The notes beneath the pieces are model-generated. The model was not told the origin of the DNA and ran no database searches. It worked only from the letters and a program-made list of their open reading frames with translations. A DNA stretch of 64,000 bases, from the NCBI GenBank assembly GCA_964270895.1, contig OZ185435.1; one strand, given 5' to 3'. A program made the position numbers and the translations under genes. This document shows, piece after piece, positions 1 through 13,677 of the stretch; the stretch's first letter is position 1, and every line of letters begins with the position of its first letter. This DNA comes from Podarcis filfolensis. Taxonomy: Eukaryota.

Positions 1-3000
1 CTCTGGCTAGCTACTCAAGGCAGCTGGAGGCCAGGCTCCCTCTGGCCTCACTCTTGGAGTAAAGACCTTACTGCAGATGCAAAGTGAGACCACCAGAAGC
101 AAATGTGGCTACCTTTCTTGAAGAGATTGAGGCGCGGAAATATTTTGTGCAATAAAAGCAGCAGAAAGGCGGGTGGGTGGGTGGGGAGTCTCAATGTTGT
201 GCTGTGATGCACCAAGCAAGATTCCCGCGTGCGCAAGAAATAGAGGCTCCCGTTAATTTGGCAGCCAAGCTCTCCAATGGTAAAGACTAAACTAACCCTT
301 TGGGGGGCTGATGTTCGCTCAGGGATGAGCTGCTACTACTGAATATAGTATTGGGAGCTTCTCTGCTGCGTGGAGGGGCGGGTTGTGTTGTGTTATCAGT
401 ATTACCATCCCCAGAGGTTTAAGGTTTAATTACTTCCAAATCACAGAGTTTTCAAAGCTACAATTATTAAAAGGCCACCACTCTGTTTGATGTTAGCGGA
501 GATCCTCACAGAGGCTTGTGACTCTCGAAGCAGGATCCTTATGGAAACCACCAGCTGTGTGTAAAACGACACATATTTCTTTTGGTGCTGTTCTTCCAAG
601 CCCTTTGGAGAAGAGCTATTTCTCATGGTGCATGTTTGGAGAGTTTGCCACTTGGTAGTATAAAAAAACCCATTTCTCTGATGAGTCCAGGGGGTGAGAT
701 TTGTGGATAGATCTACGTGTATCCAGTTGCAAGGAGAACAGTCCCTTTTCCCTAATCACTTTGATGCTGCTTTCCCTTCCTTCCTGGAGTTTGGGCTGCT
801 ATTATTCCTTATCCTTTTCTATAGGCTAGTTTTTATGCCACACAAAGCCTTGGGAGGTTACAGATAGTAAAACAGACTAAATGAATGGATTTTGAGAAGG
901 TAAGAGGAGGGAGCTGGCTGCGAAGGCGGCAGAGAGAAAAACCAACTAGAGTCAAGGTAACTGAGAACACAGAAGGCTGAAGGAATCATCTGTGCTTGAT
1001 GAGGTAGGGAAGGAACAGGGCACAGGGAGGAGTCAGATGAGTTGGCTGCACATCTCTGAATCCCCACCTGTCGGAGGACTTGCTCCATTCTCTCCTGAAA
1101 CCTTCCAGCATGCCAACCTGGGAAGAATGGGTTTATCCTGTAAGCTGCTGAAGCCCTAGGGCAGGGATGGGGAATCTGTGGCCCTCCAGATATTCCTGGG
1201 CTACACTTTCCTTCATCCCTGTCCATGGGCTGTTCTAGTGGGAGCTTATGGAGGGGTTATGAAGACCAACAAGTTCCACTAGGCTAAGTGCCACATTGGT
1301 CCATTGTGGTTGCTTAGAAAGGCCATGTACATAAGCCCTCCAAAGTTAATAGCTTGCTGTGGGTTGGCAGATGACAGGTGAAAGGCAGTTAATGCAAAAT
1401 ATGTCTCTTTATCCTGCTTCTGCTAGCAGTAGGAAAGGGGTAAAGAGGTGGATAAAGTATTGCAATCCAGTCCCCAAAGGGTTCAAATCTTACTCTGCCC
1501 ACCTTCTGAGACATCTTTGGCCATTACCCAGGTATTTGTAAGCATCTTTTCATAGCCTATGGGGCTAGGGACTTAATTTTTTTTAAAGAAAAATACAGCC
1601 AAGATTCTCAGGATCCTGAATTCTTTGTCTACTATCCATTTCTACGTTTGTGTAATATGAGGGGAATTATATTCAACTATGCCTTCCTCTCTAAGCACAA
1701 AGGCAGCATTTTTCCCTATTCCAGGCTATTTTGGGGTTTTCCACTTTCTTTTTCAGCTAGGTAAATCAAGCTGCCAATCTGCTCTGACCTACCAAGGTTG
1801 AATTTCAAATCTCTTGTCCAGTCCACTCAGTAAAACCCAAAGAATCTGGAACTTTTCCTCTACAAAGGATTGTCCAATCAGGGATCTCGTTTCCACACTC
1901 CCATCCCTTTGTCCCGGGGAATGCAAATAAAGTAAGTCACACCTGTCTGAAGAAGCCATCCAGTGATGTAATTATAATTGCTTTCTTTTTTATTGAAGCG
2001 AAAACACAAAAGCCACAGTTCAGGGTTTAGCAGCCACCTCTTTTCTCCTGTAAGGTGCCCACCCAAATATCCTGTGCATGTTATGTAGTTACATCAGCAA
2101 GGCTGGACAGACTGTCTCACCATTCTGTAGTTTTGAAAGAGAAACATTGCCTTAAGACACCAGACTGAGTCACATTAAGAGTTCTTACCTCTTTGTTTTG
2201 GCCCTCACCAGGTTGCAGAGTGGAACAAAGACGACTAGTGAACTTGATATTCCCTGTTTGGTCTGATACATACTAGAACCTTCTTAGTACACCTTCCTGC
2301 TTCCCAGTCCTTAGCCCTGAACTACTGCTCTGTCCTGGCTCATGGGTTGCTGCAGGCAGCTTAAACCCAGTTAGAAGTATAACTTCCATTAATTCTATTG
2401 CAGATTTCCTTCTGCTCTTTTTGTTTGTTTAATTTGTAACTGGCTTTACAAGATGGAAGTTTAATAAATTATTGGATTGGAATTGTTTTTCTTTGTTTCA
2501 GTACCTCACTCACAGGCTCACAAGACATTTTTTTGTAGAATTCTTTCCCATTTTTTATTTTTTCCAAATTCCTTGGATTGTTTGTAACAGTCCATGCACG
2601 GGTGGAATGAACTTGCATAGCGGAACTCCATCTTCATCTCCTTCCCCCTGCAGTCTTCCCACAGTTTTAGGAACCATAGGGGCTGCAGAGGTGAGGAAAA
2701 CAAGGTGGAAGTCCTGTTGTGCAAGCAGATGTAAACTTTCACAACAGTGAGTTCTGTCAATTATTAGTAACAGACGACCAAAAAATAATAATTGAGCAGA
2801 AAAACCTGCTTATGGGTATCCAGCCCATGGGCTAAAGCTTTTCATGTTTCAGAAGTGCTCTATTCCTTCCTGGGCTGCTTTATAAAATTTCTATCCCATC
2901 ACTAAGGGGAGGGATTAGGCTACAGAAAGTCAACTGAACAGGGTACAATAATTTTACTTACAAGGCTGTGCCTGGGTTGATTTCCTGCGCCAACTCCTTG

Positions 3001-3554
3001 TTCAAGCCATTGAACAGGAGAGTAGGTATGCAGATGTTTCAACTTTCCTTTATACCAAACTACTTGTTTTCATTCTTGGAAGAAAAAGTTGCAATTTTCC
3101 TTACTGACGGCAATTCAGAGGTAAACGGGGGTCTAGACTAAGCACACCAGTTTTTAATCTTCTGGCTTCTTTTCTAGTTTCCATCAGGACCCAAAGATGC
3201 CAGAACTGTCACCAAATTGCTTTTGAATATGATTTTTATATAAACGAATACCATACACTTGAACCTGCAATATAGAAACACAATGATGATTTTTAAAAAT
3301 TATTTCCCAAAGATTTTGTGTTAGCCAGGCTTGTCTTCTGCGACTGATTTGCACTAGCAGTACAGAGACTTTGATAGGTGTAGCATGAGACTCAAAGCTG
3401 ACCAACAAAGCCCTACCTCCTCCAAATATAGATATGGTCCGGAAAAAAGCAGTACAACCTTTGTAGCTCAAAGACAGGTAACGTACAATAATCTAACCAT
3501 TAAAAAACATAAGCAAAAACATTTTCTTGCAGTACTTTGTGGTAGAGAGGAAAC

Positions 3555-4006
3555 TTTATTGTACAACTCTGAATTCTACTGGTAGTTATTTAGATGACCG
3601 TTACTGAGCACAATCTACTGCCAAGTTCCCCAGTGTAAGAGCCGCTGAACTGAATGGGAGCTGCACAGAAATAATAGATTGTGCCAACTGTGGCGTTCGA
3701 TCCCACATTCTCTGTTCACCCACTTTATCCCTAGGGGCATGTGCTAGGCTAAATATACACTGGGTAGCAAATTTTAAAGCCACAGAAGGATGAACAAAGT
3801 GTTCCTTTCTGCTTGGTTCATGACATTTCAATTTTGATTTGGTATGGTGTTTGGATGATATCCCATTTTCTCTGCAAGTGCATGTAATATCAGGACAACA
3901 ATGGGCTGCCCTCTGGAGTAGAAGTTGGAGTGTACAGGCACACAGTACTTTGAAAAAGCAAGGTGCCTTTTCCCTATGGGACACCTTGACAGCTACAGTT
4001 TTTAAT
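3555..4006 (-). terminator. Candidate AIP polyadenylation signals (ATTAAA 4001-4006, AATAAA 3555-3560)
   Basis: These are the first canonical hexamers found downstream of the AIP stop (6027), implying a 2-2.5 kb 3' UTR. Confidence 0.35.
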
Positions 4007-6026
4007 CCAGCTATACAGACCGTGCTATGCACACTGGTGCTGAAAACAGTCTGGAGGAGGGTCTGCACTGTGTACAGATGTATACTGAAGAGAGACAGCA
4101 CAGACCAACAAAACAGAATAAACTGATTTGAAAGGAAAGGTAACTGGGAAGATGTAAAAAAATTAAAATCATACATTATTATTGGCTCTGTAGATGTATT
4201 TGGTAGGAACACAAGTAATCCAATTTGAATTGGGTAGGTAAATGGTATCTCCCACTTTTAGGGCCAGTTTCACAGTCCAGGCAAAGACTGCAATCACACT
4301 CACCATACAACAGGGATTCAAGGCATTATAAGAGCCCATTGTCCTGACATTGCTCAGGTATGAACTCCACTGATTCTGTACCCAAGATTGCAAACCAAGT
4401 ACAAAACCCTTTCTAACAAGCAAATAACCTTGGTGGGTTGGGGCAAAGATCCTTCCTCACGGAAGAACGCCCTGAACAAGTGTTCTTTGCATCCTAAGTC
4501 TTTCAGTGAATCTGACTGTCTTTGATTCACTTTCTGAAATAATTAAAGGGAAATAGCTGCTTATGACGGCATGTCCACCCATCATCTTTTCCTACACAGA
4601 AGGAAGGGAAAAACACTCTCTGAGCCTTTGACATGATCCCCCTACTGTTGGCTGCTGTACTCACAGGGAAAGTTGGTGCTTATGAGGCACTGCCCTCCTG
4701 GTGTGCCCTTGGCCTTAGGTAAGTCACTGGCGTCAACAATTACCTGTGCTACTTGATGTGGCTTAGAGGTTTCAGAAGGTGGCAACAGTCACCCTTAATC
4801 AAAGTCACCCTTGGAGTTTCAGAATATGCTGCACAGTATATTGCTCGAATCTATACATTCTAGAAGGGGCTGGTTGGCTGGCCTCACCTTTTGCTGTTTG
4901 CTCCCAAGCCCTACCTCTCAGAGAAGGGAGGAAGGACTGAGGCCTGTTGCTGTGTTGCATCAGTTTGGAATATTTGCTATTGGAGGCATCAAGAAACAAC
5001 ATGCACAAGACTCCTCTCTCTCAGTCATGTACTAAAGGCCCAAAGAAATGAAGAGTTCTACATTTTAGCAGATTTTTTTTTGAAAGTGCCTCTTCCTCCA
5101 ACCAGCTACAAAGCACCAGGAACAACAAGGAATGTTGACAGCAGCCATTACATCAAGTAACAGGGAAGCTGGCATTCGGCAGAGCCTCCTAGTTTGCAAA
5201 GCAGCACAGGGCACCACATGTCTATGGTTGACCTATCACACCACAACACACTTTAACTAAAGAAGCCAAGGGTTTCCAACACAACAACCACAATGCAGTA
5301 GGCGCAGTCTCTCTTTTTCCTTTAAAAAGACCTGCTGGATGGAGCATCCAACGGTTTGGTTCCTTCTTACTCAGCAATACACCACTTAAGGTTCCCTCGC
5401 AAAGGGAGATGTATTTGGATCCTGGGGCATCATCCCACACAGCCAGAAAAGGGCAACCTCACCTGCACACTAGCCAGGATGGACTGAGTACAAGCGCAAA
5501 CACATGCACTACTGCACACAGAGGGCATGGCAAGGAGGAATGGCACTCAAAGGGAGAACTGATCACCTTCATGCAACTCTCATCATAAATGGCCCATTCA
5601 GCCTTGGCCCACAACACAAAGCATACCTCACAGTATCTCCTGGCAGCTCTCACACAAGCTAAGTTTCTCTCTTCATGAGCAACACAGGAAAAGGCACTGT
5701 GTGCAATGGAACAGGGTAAAGGGTCACTTGGAGGGATAACATAAGAGGCTCACACCTAATCTGGCAGACACATTCCTCTTTGGCCTGGGAAATCAGAAAG
5801 CCTTCCCTTCTCTCTCCCTCTTCCCTTTGGCAAATACTGCTATTTGCACAGAGGCAACATACTTTGCTGACAAGAAAGGGCGGCTTCCCCAACATGTGTG
5901 CAAAGGGGAGGGCCGCACTAGCCCTGAGCCAAGGAGTCTCATGGTCCATTGGCGCTGCCTGGCCATAGAGCACCGACAGCAAAGCCTCAGCTGTCCCGAG
6001 TGGGACAGCAGCAGGCGGCATCGTGG

Positions 6027-9000
6027 CTACTGGGAGAATATGCCTTTGAAACGGATCTTGTCCTCGTCTTCTTTCTGACGTAAGCGGGTCTCCAGGCTAC
6101 GCAGCTCCCGGGCAACCACAGGGCCCAACGACGGATCCAGCTGCAAGACCTTGGCAAAGTCAGCCTGTGCTTCGGTTGCATTCCAAACAGCAGCATGGGC
6201 CTTGGCTCGCTTGAAGTAGGCTTTGACGTTATCTGCGGGGAGAGCCAGCACCTGAGTAATGCAGGCAGGCTCCGTACACTCTGACCAGGCCCACCCAGTG
6301 GTCTATTCCACTTTCAACCAGGGCACAATACAAAGCTCCCCCCTCAGCCCCAGTTACATGCAAGGACTCTCTTATTTATTTAAAATGACACATACCACAA
6401 CTATCCCCCTAGGTGGTGCACCAGCGTTCTCCCCTTCTCATTTTATCTTCACAACCCTGTGAGGTTGGATAGGCTAGGAGACAGTGACTAGCATAGCACA
6501 AGGTCACCCAGTGAGCTTCATGTCTGAGAGATTTGCACCCTGGTCTCCCAGGTCCTAGTCCAACACGTTAACCACTATACCACGCAGGCTCTCTAAAACC
6601 ACAGTAGGTCTCCTCTGCCCCCACATGCAGTCCCTCACAACACAAAGTTAGATTGATCAAATCCCACAACTCCCTATTTTCAGAGCTGCTTCCCAGTCCC
6701 CACTAGGGCATGGTGTGGCCAGCAAAATGCCTTACCTTCATACTTGTTGAGAATAGAGGAGCAGTGATCCAGCACCTCGTAATACTCCTCATTCAACAGC
6801 TTACACTGGCAGTAATTCAGCAGCAAAGGGGTGATTTGTTGGTCCAGCTGGATCCAGTCTGGGGATCCGGGCTGCTCCTGGGGTACAGGACAAGGAAAGG
6901 AGTGTGAGGCACAGCTGGAGGATTTCAAAGGTTCCCCTACATATGAGAACAGAGGTGCTATGATGGCTGGGCAGCACAACCAAGGGCCCTGTTGACTGAA
7001 AAGGAGTGGCCTCCTGGAAGCTCTGCCATCAGAGCAGACCTTATGGAATGAAAGACAGGGGAGGAACTGCGCAGGAAGCAGGGCTGCCCTTTATGCGGTG
7101 CCAACCCTGCTTATCAATCCACAACTCACATCTGCCTCTGCAGCATGATGCAAGGGAAGTGGGATCCCTGCTACATCCGGAGCTGACACACCCACTCTCT
7201 TAACACAAATGTGGAGACAAAACTGAAGCTGCACTAGGGTGTGAGGAAGACGCGCCTTCACTCACCTTCATCTGCAGGTTCTTGAGGCAAGCGATGGCAT
7301 CGTAGTACTTGGCAGCCGCCTCCTGCACTTTGCCTTCCTTGTAGAGTTCATTGCCTTCCTGGTGGATCAGGGGCACAGCCTTCACTTTCTCGTCATCTGA
7401 CATGGCCCAGGGATCTTGCCGGTATGTGCCAGGAACTTCCACCTAAGCGAGGCACAAAGGCAGCAGGCTGGGTTAGATAGCAGGGGCAATGTGAGCACTG
7501 TAAGAGCCCATCTGACTGTGTGCCTTCTGCATCCCAGGGCACAGGTAAGAAAAAAACACGTCTTTGATGAGATTTATGAAAGTGGGGGGAAGTGAAATAA
7601 TAGGAGGGTTCTCAGTAGGCAGCTGCTGCTTCATCCCTGTGTGGTACCTTTAAAAAGCTAGCAAAATCATCTCATGTACTTAGCCAAGAAAATAAAAGCA
7701 GACACCAAGACAGATCTGTTGGGAATCAGCTTTCTCCTCCCTTCTTGCACATCCATACACCCACATACAGGAGAAACTCCCAAATACACAAGAGAGCCAT
7801 CACTCTCCTGATTCTGACTGTCCCAGAGGACCTCACCTTTCCTTCCCCTCACCTTGAGCATCTCAATGGCAAAGATGAGGGGCTGGGGGTTCTGCTGCAG
7901 CTCATCGAGGTCTGGGTAACCCAGGGAGTGATGCTCATGCATCTGAGCAATGCCACAGCAATGCCGTTGTCCCTCCAGTGGATCCTTCCCAGCCGCAATG
8001 TTCCTCAAGCTCTTTGACACCATTGGGTACAAGACCACATGCTGGAGAGAAAGAAAGAAAAGATCAGGCATAGTCCTTCTTGCTAGGAGAGAAGAACCTC
8101 TCCCAGGGAATACCATCAGCCCCAAAGATATGAGATAAAATTTTGTGCACGTGCTGAAATGGTGTATTGTCTCTCCAAAAAGAACAAATCTGGCATTCCA
8201 TCACCTGTGCCAGATCCAAATACTTAGTTGTGAGTTGTGGAAGGAGAATCCTGAAAGCTGCAGCCAAGGAAACTCCAATTCTGCACCAAGAAAGCATAAG
8301 GATGTGTTAGGGAAACTACAGATGCCAGGGCTAGGGAAGAGACCTCTCCTTGCCTGGTATGTCTAAGCCACTTCCCACACTAGACCAAGCTAGCTTGCTG
8401 CAGAAGTGGGGGTTCTGGGTTCAACTTAAAAACAGGTATATAGAAAGAAGAGTACCTGGATGCCAAGATCCAAGTCTGAGGCAAGTACTGTTTAGTGAGA
8501 GAACCCCAGCAGATTTAAAATAGCAAAATATACAGCAAAATAAAGTGTGGAAATATAAGTTGTTAGACCTTCATAATACACCCTTCCAAGCTCCTTCCAA
8601 AGTTTTCCTCCTCCCCTAACACAGAAAAAGACCACACACTGGGTAAGTTAAAAATGGTTTACTGACTTTGAATGGCTTCATAAAGTTGCACAGACACTAA
8701 AAGTTGGCTAAGTTACAAAGTGGTTAAAGTTTCTAAATGATTGGTCTAGGAACTCAAAAGAGTGGTTTGTGAGAGCCATGCTGAGCTTCTCAGGTAGATG
8801 TACGTGGAGGTTAGAACAATAGGCTTGATGACCTAAGGGGAAGTGACCTAACTAAGCCTGGCAGGACAGCTTATTCTGTGGTATTAACCCGTTCATGCAT
8901 TAATTAAGACTTAAGAATGTTGGTTCTATGATAGCTCAGTTGGTAGAGCAGGAGACTCTTAATCTCAAGGTCATGGGTTTGAGCCCCACTTCCTGCATTG

Positions 9001-11233
9001 CAGGGGATTCGACTAGATGACCCTCGTGGTCCCTTCCAATTCAACAATTCTATGAGGCTGATCATCCCACAAGGATTACCTTTGTGTCACACAAGAACTC
9101 AGCCATCTCTCCCTCTCTCATGGTGTGCAGGATAGTCTCCCAAACGGGCAGCTTGAATTTCTTGCCAATGATGAGCTCCATGGGCTTCCCTCGGGTACGG
9201 CTGTCATCCAAGACTCGCTGGTCCGGACTGCAAAGCAGTGTGCGGTAGTGGAAGGTCACCTGAAGAGAAGGGGAAGCAGAGTGGTTGGATCAAGGGACTG
9301 ACGTGGTATTACACCAACTTCTAATATGACGAATAAAGCTAATAGCACAGTACATTGCCCTCACTGTATACAAGTGAAAGAGTTAGTGTAATCAAGCTCA
9401 GAACAGAGTTTGTAGAAATTTCAGCTTATTAGCTGATCCATTCCATGCACTGTAGGAACTGGACCTTTAACATGGTGGTACGTACCCTATGAAGCTCCAT
9501 TTCATGGCATCAAGCAGGCACCAACTCTTTCATCTTTTCGGTGCCTATCAAATAACCTTCATTTTCTACAATAAGCTTTTCAAGTGGCGTTCCACCACAC
9601 ACACCCCGTCTGTATCTGTCCTTGACATGTACACACACACACACACGGATGTTGCTAAATCACTTTGGGATTTTATATGGGAAGCATTAAATAAATACAA
9701 ATTTGATTCTCAACATCCATTTAAATAACTGGTCAAATCAACCAGCAAATAGATATAGAAAGTCCTAGCCCAGGGTTTTAAATAAGCCCAGAAAAGTTAC
9801 CTAGCCTACAAAAATGTTTAGTAGCCAGCTGGGAGCTGGCAAAGAAAGACTGGAGAGTTGTAGTACCAAGCTGGATGCAGAGGAACAGAGCACTCCATTC
9901 CCTCCTCTGCTAGCCCATTCACTCACCTACATGCAAGTCCTGGCCACCCATGGCTACGACTTAAACACAAGCCTGTACCAGCCCACTCACCATACCATAC
10001 TGCTATGCGGGTGGATTTAGCAGCAGGTCTCACAAGCTACTGAGCCAGAAGAAACTGTTATTCATGAAGCTGTAGGGGAATTATACAGCAAATAAAAACA
10101 ACTTGTTTAAATATCTCTGTCCCCCAATTTCTCAGGCAGAGAATAAAGGGGGGGAGTTACTGCATTAGGAAGTGTAAATATAGGAAGGGGCTTCAGCATC
10201 TTATAAACACAGATCTGCTACTAGCTGAAGGTGGCTTAGGTGACTTTTATCCCAGGAAGCTACTTTATAGCAGATCAGACTATTTGCCCCCTAGTTTAGG
10301 GTTGCATGCTCTGACTAGCAGCAGCTGCTCAACAGGGTCTCGGGAAGAGGAGGCCCTTTCCTCTCCCTTCCTATCTGTTCCTTTTAATTGGAGATGCCTG
10401 GTGCAGAACCTGCATACAAAGCACCTGATCTGCTACTCACCTATGGCCCTTCTTAAAGGAATAAAGGTTTCTCTCACACATACTACGACTGGGAGAAGCA
10501 ACACATGTCAAGTGTCTTCACTATCCAATTATGCAGATTAATCTGTAAACTGTTTACTGATAGCACAGATGTGGCTTTATCCTATTTTAATGCACATATT
10601 CAGTTTACAAGCACCAAGTCTGTTCTCACTGCAAATATGATCCTGTTTTGAAGGTTGAGGCAGGGTCTCTTGTATCAATTGATGCTTTGGGGAACCGCCG
10701 ACCTTCTGATCGGCAAGCCCTAGGCTCTGCGGTTTAGACCACAGCGCCACCCGCGTCCCCCAAGCAGTTGTATACATTTTATTAAATAAATAAGACCCCC
10801 CCCACACACATACTTCCTTCCCCCCCTCGGGATTAACCCGTCACATATTCGAAGTGGACTTGGAAGCACAGCTTGCAAAATGCACATTTATGGGCGGGGT
10901 GGGGGAAGAATCCCTCCATCTCGAAGGCAGGCACGAATCAGCCTCGAGTTAGCAAAATTCTGGATGTATAAAGCGTGGGTAACAAACTCAACTCGCAAAC
11001 CCCGCACCCCACTATCTTCACCGCGCACGCGTATTTTAGCCTCCTCGTGCGTCATCGCCGCTCGCTTGCGCATGCGCGTTCCTCCGGCCTCGTTCCGTTA
11101 TTTGCCTCAGCCCTGAGAAACCGTCCTCTCTCACCTTGGTACCATCTTGGTAATCTGGTTGGGGCCCTCGGCCTTCCTGCACCAACCGCTTCTGGATGCC
11201 ATCCGCCCGGAGCTGCTCGACCTGGTCCGCCAT
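6027..11233 (-). CDS. AIP: Aryl hydrocarbon receptor-interacting protein (FKBP-like + TPR co-chaperone), complete 6-exon CDS, 330 aa
   Basis: Exons: 11135-11233 (99 nt, [33 protein letters not shown]), 9080-9259 (180, VTFHYRTL...[23 protein letters not shown]), 7853-8041 (189, [30 protein letters not shown]...), 7266-7442 (177, [19 protein letters not shown]...), 6736-6877 (142, [25 protein letters not shown]...), 6027-6232 (206, [18 protein letters not shown]...FKGIFSQ*). All introns are GT-AG and phases are consistent; the total is 993 nt. The peptides closely match vertebrate AIP. Confidence 0.97.
6436..6592 (-). mobile_element. MIR/Ther1-like CORE-SINE fragment in AIP intron 5
   Basis: cacaaccctgtgagg...caaggtcacccagtgagcttcatg...ctagtccaacac...aaccactataccac resembles a reverse-oriented MIR-type SINE. 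Confidence 0.55.
8929..9055 (+). mobile_element. tRNA-Lys(CTT)-derived SINE with CR1-type 3' tail
   Basis: Head tagctcagttggtagagca-ggagactcttaatctca-aggtcatgggtttgagcccc is similar to tRNA-Lys-CTT (A and B boxes). It continues into gactagatgacc...cccttccaa...attctatga, typical of a CR1 3' end. The 8-mer ttctatga flanks both sides. Confidence 0.75.
10693..10759 (+). mobile_element. Sauria SINE 3' fragment
   Basis: aaccgccgaccttctgatcggcaagccctaggctctgcggtttagaccacagcgccacccgcgtccc matches the 3' end of the full copy at 22741. Confidence 0.8.
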
Positions 11234-11600
11234 GATGGCTCCTCGCCCGAGTTTTGCTTCGAGGCAACCTTCGTGCGTCTCCGTAGCCTACGGATGTGCC
11301 GCCGAAGCTCCCTTCGGCGGATGCCGGATGTCGTCGGTTATTTCCGTATCCGGCTTCGGACGCGGCTGGCGGCAGCCGAAGTCTTTCGGAAGGACTCGGG
11401 CTCAGCCTCGGCCGGCTATACTTATTGTAAACAAAGGGGCGGGCGGCGCTGCTGCGTTGCGCGGATCTGGGCTCTCAACTCCTGTCCCAAGTAGCGTCCT
11501 GAGCCCAGTCTGCGCCTGCGCGTTTTTCTTTGCGCGCCTGTTGCGTCTCCCTACTCTGCGGGGGAGCTCCTTGCCTTCGTACAGGAGCTACTGAGTCTGC
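10880..11600. promoter_or_regulatory. CpG-island promoter of AIP, possibly bidirectional
   Basis: CpG-dense stretch spanning AIP exon 1. It contains an NRF1 motif TGCGCATGCGC (11067-11077), ETS-like CGGATGT sites, a forkhead GTAAACAA (~11427) and a GC box GGGGCGGG (~11436). Confidence 0.75.
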
Positions 11601-13396
11601 ATATAACGTAGTAGTTATTGCATACTGCTAATCATGTCACCAACATGAAAAGTTTGGAAAGCTCTGCCCTAGTAATTGCACTTCGCATTGCATCTTTACA
11701 ATGCAATCCTATATGCTCCATTGAGTTCAGTGGAAATGACATCCAGGTACGTGTGCCTAGGCTTTGTCAATTTCCTCAGGATAGCTAGATTGCAAATAAA
11801 AGGGTGGTGATTAAATTATGAGTGTCTCAGTGATTACAAAAATCATGGGAAGTGAGTGAACTAAAGACAAAATGTAATTATGTAAGAATTTTGCATATTT
11901 ACATTTTACATACTATAGTAGGATTGTGTATAAAATTGATCTTTTTATTTTTATATATCCACACACGGCTGATATTTTCACTAGATAGATGGATAGATAT
12001 AATTCAAATATATTGTTGTGCACTTTTTAAAGTAAATAAGGGTCCTTCTGAGAAGGCCTTGCTAAACATGTGTGACCTTTGGAGAACACCCCCCCACCTA
12101 CAATGCATCATTTGCAGGTTTTGTTCATTTTCTGATTTTGTCCTGGTCCTCGTTTGTCCTAGATGGCTGCTGGCCATGAATTTCCCATTTCTCCAGCTTC
12201 AGTTTTTTCTGCTTTGTTATTTACAGTCTCCTTCACCTTAACTAGGATGTTAGGGATGTGTGTTTTTTAATAATTAACCAATAAATAAATAAAAATACAT
12301 GTTTGACAGGGACAGGATAACTGTTTCCAAGCTGGGTTGAACCATTTCCCCTGTGGGCTCAGAAAATGTGAGAATGAATCATTTGTCTGCTGCATGAGAA
12401 CAATCTGGCAGAGGACTCTCCACCTTCTCGCTTCGCCCCTAACTGCCTCTGATGACTGTGTAGTAGACTGACAAGAGGACTCTAGCCCTTTCCATTCTAC
12501 CTGGCAGGTAAGAGGCCCTGCTGAAGAAAATACTTCCTTTCCCTTTTGCAAGGTCCCCAGAACTGGATCCAGAAACATCCTCATATCATTTTGCAGACGG
12601 TAAGTGCCCAATTAAGGAAGAGATGGGAGCACTACAGAGCTCCACACACCACAATTAGGTATTTTGGTTTTTTAGTTCAGATCTAAGCTGCCTTTCTAGC
12701 ACTGACAGCTGCTGCTTCTCCTGCTAGGTTTTAATATGATAAGTTATACTTTTGCTTTTTGATATATTCAACAAGGTTGATTTCTGCATATCTGGGTCTT
12801 GCTTCACCGTTACAAAGAAATCTGATCGTGCCAAGGGTCCACACTGGAGCGAGAATCTTTTATTGACTGGTGTAGGGTTGTCAGACACACAGGACAAGCA
12901 CCTTATACCTTTAACAGCTGAGTAAGAGAGAATTGGGACAGATGCCGTTCGTTATGGAGAGATAAGCAGAAGACGCATTGGCTGATGCACACATGCCCCA
13001 ACCATGTGCAAATAGTAAAGGCCCAGGACCCTAGCTCTAAGGGCATTCCAAGTCCTGTGCTTGGCATTTGGGAAACACTGAACACTGCCGTCGATGCTAG
13101 CGCACCTGCAGAAATGTTATTCCTGCATGAATGTTGTGTGACAGATGCCAGTGTAAATTAACATGAAAGGCAATCGATGAAAGACTTGAATTCTGAAATT
13201 TCTCCAGAGTGATCTGGTGCTTCCTTCCTCCACTTAATACATTGTCCTCCTTTCTTCTGTTTGAGAGCACTTGGGAGAGTTTAGAAAAATAAGATGCCAT
13301 TTGATTTACTCTCTATTCCAAAATCCAGGAAAGTTGGATGCAGGGTGCTCCCAGCAGAGCATAGGTGTATTGCAGAAAGGTGGGTTAATATAGAAG

Positions 13397-13677
13397 CAGG
13401 GGCATAGGAAGGGGGTGCGGTCCACCCCATGTGTCATCCCTGAGGGGGTGACAAAATGGCACACCGTGGGCGGCAGCACTTACTGCGGGGCCTGGTCTGC
13501 AGTGTGCCTGAGCCACACATCTGTCCTGGGAGTGACACAGGGGCTTGGGAGCCTGCACTGCCTGAAACAGCAGCATGGGGCTTGTGTCTGCCAGGCGGAC
13601 TTGCTGGCCACCCCCCTGGGTGGATTGCTGTTGCGCCCCCGCCACTCTGGGTGCTGGAGCCGCTAGCTACGCCCCTG
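13397..13677. mobile_element. Non-autonomous DNA transposon (hAT-like MITE), aged
   Basis: Termini caggggcatag... / ...ctagctacgcccctg are imperfect inverted repeats, similar in style to the element at 54082. Confidence 0.5.

Noticed and set aside
60-400. Promoter-like patch (CCAAT, GC box, some CpG) with a minus-strand donor near 72
   Set aside because: CpG enrichment is modest and no coding exon is identifiable; it cannot be supported without the adjacent window.
3601-4212. 203-aa minus-strand ORF
   Set aside because: No recognisable motif; it lies in the probable AIP 3' UTR.
4304-4533. Apparent minus-strand exons (KVNQRQSDSL..., NQWSSYLSNV...)
   Set aside because: The only phase-compatible join needs a 53-nt intron, other joins hit stops, and the region is probably AIP 3' UTR.
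8929-8990. Functional tRNA-Lys gene
   Set aside because: No 3' acceptor-stem strand, a mutated B box, and direct fusion to a CR1-type tail indicate a SINE head.
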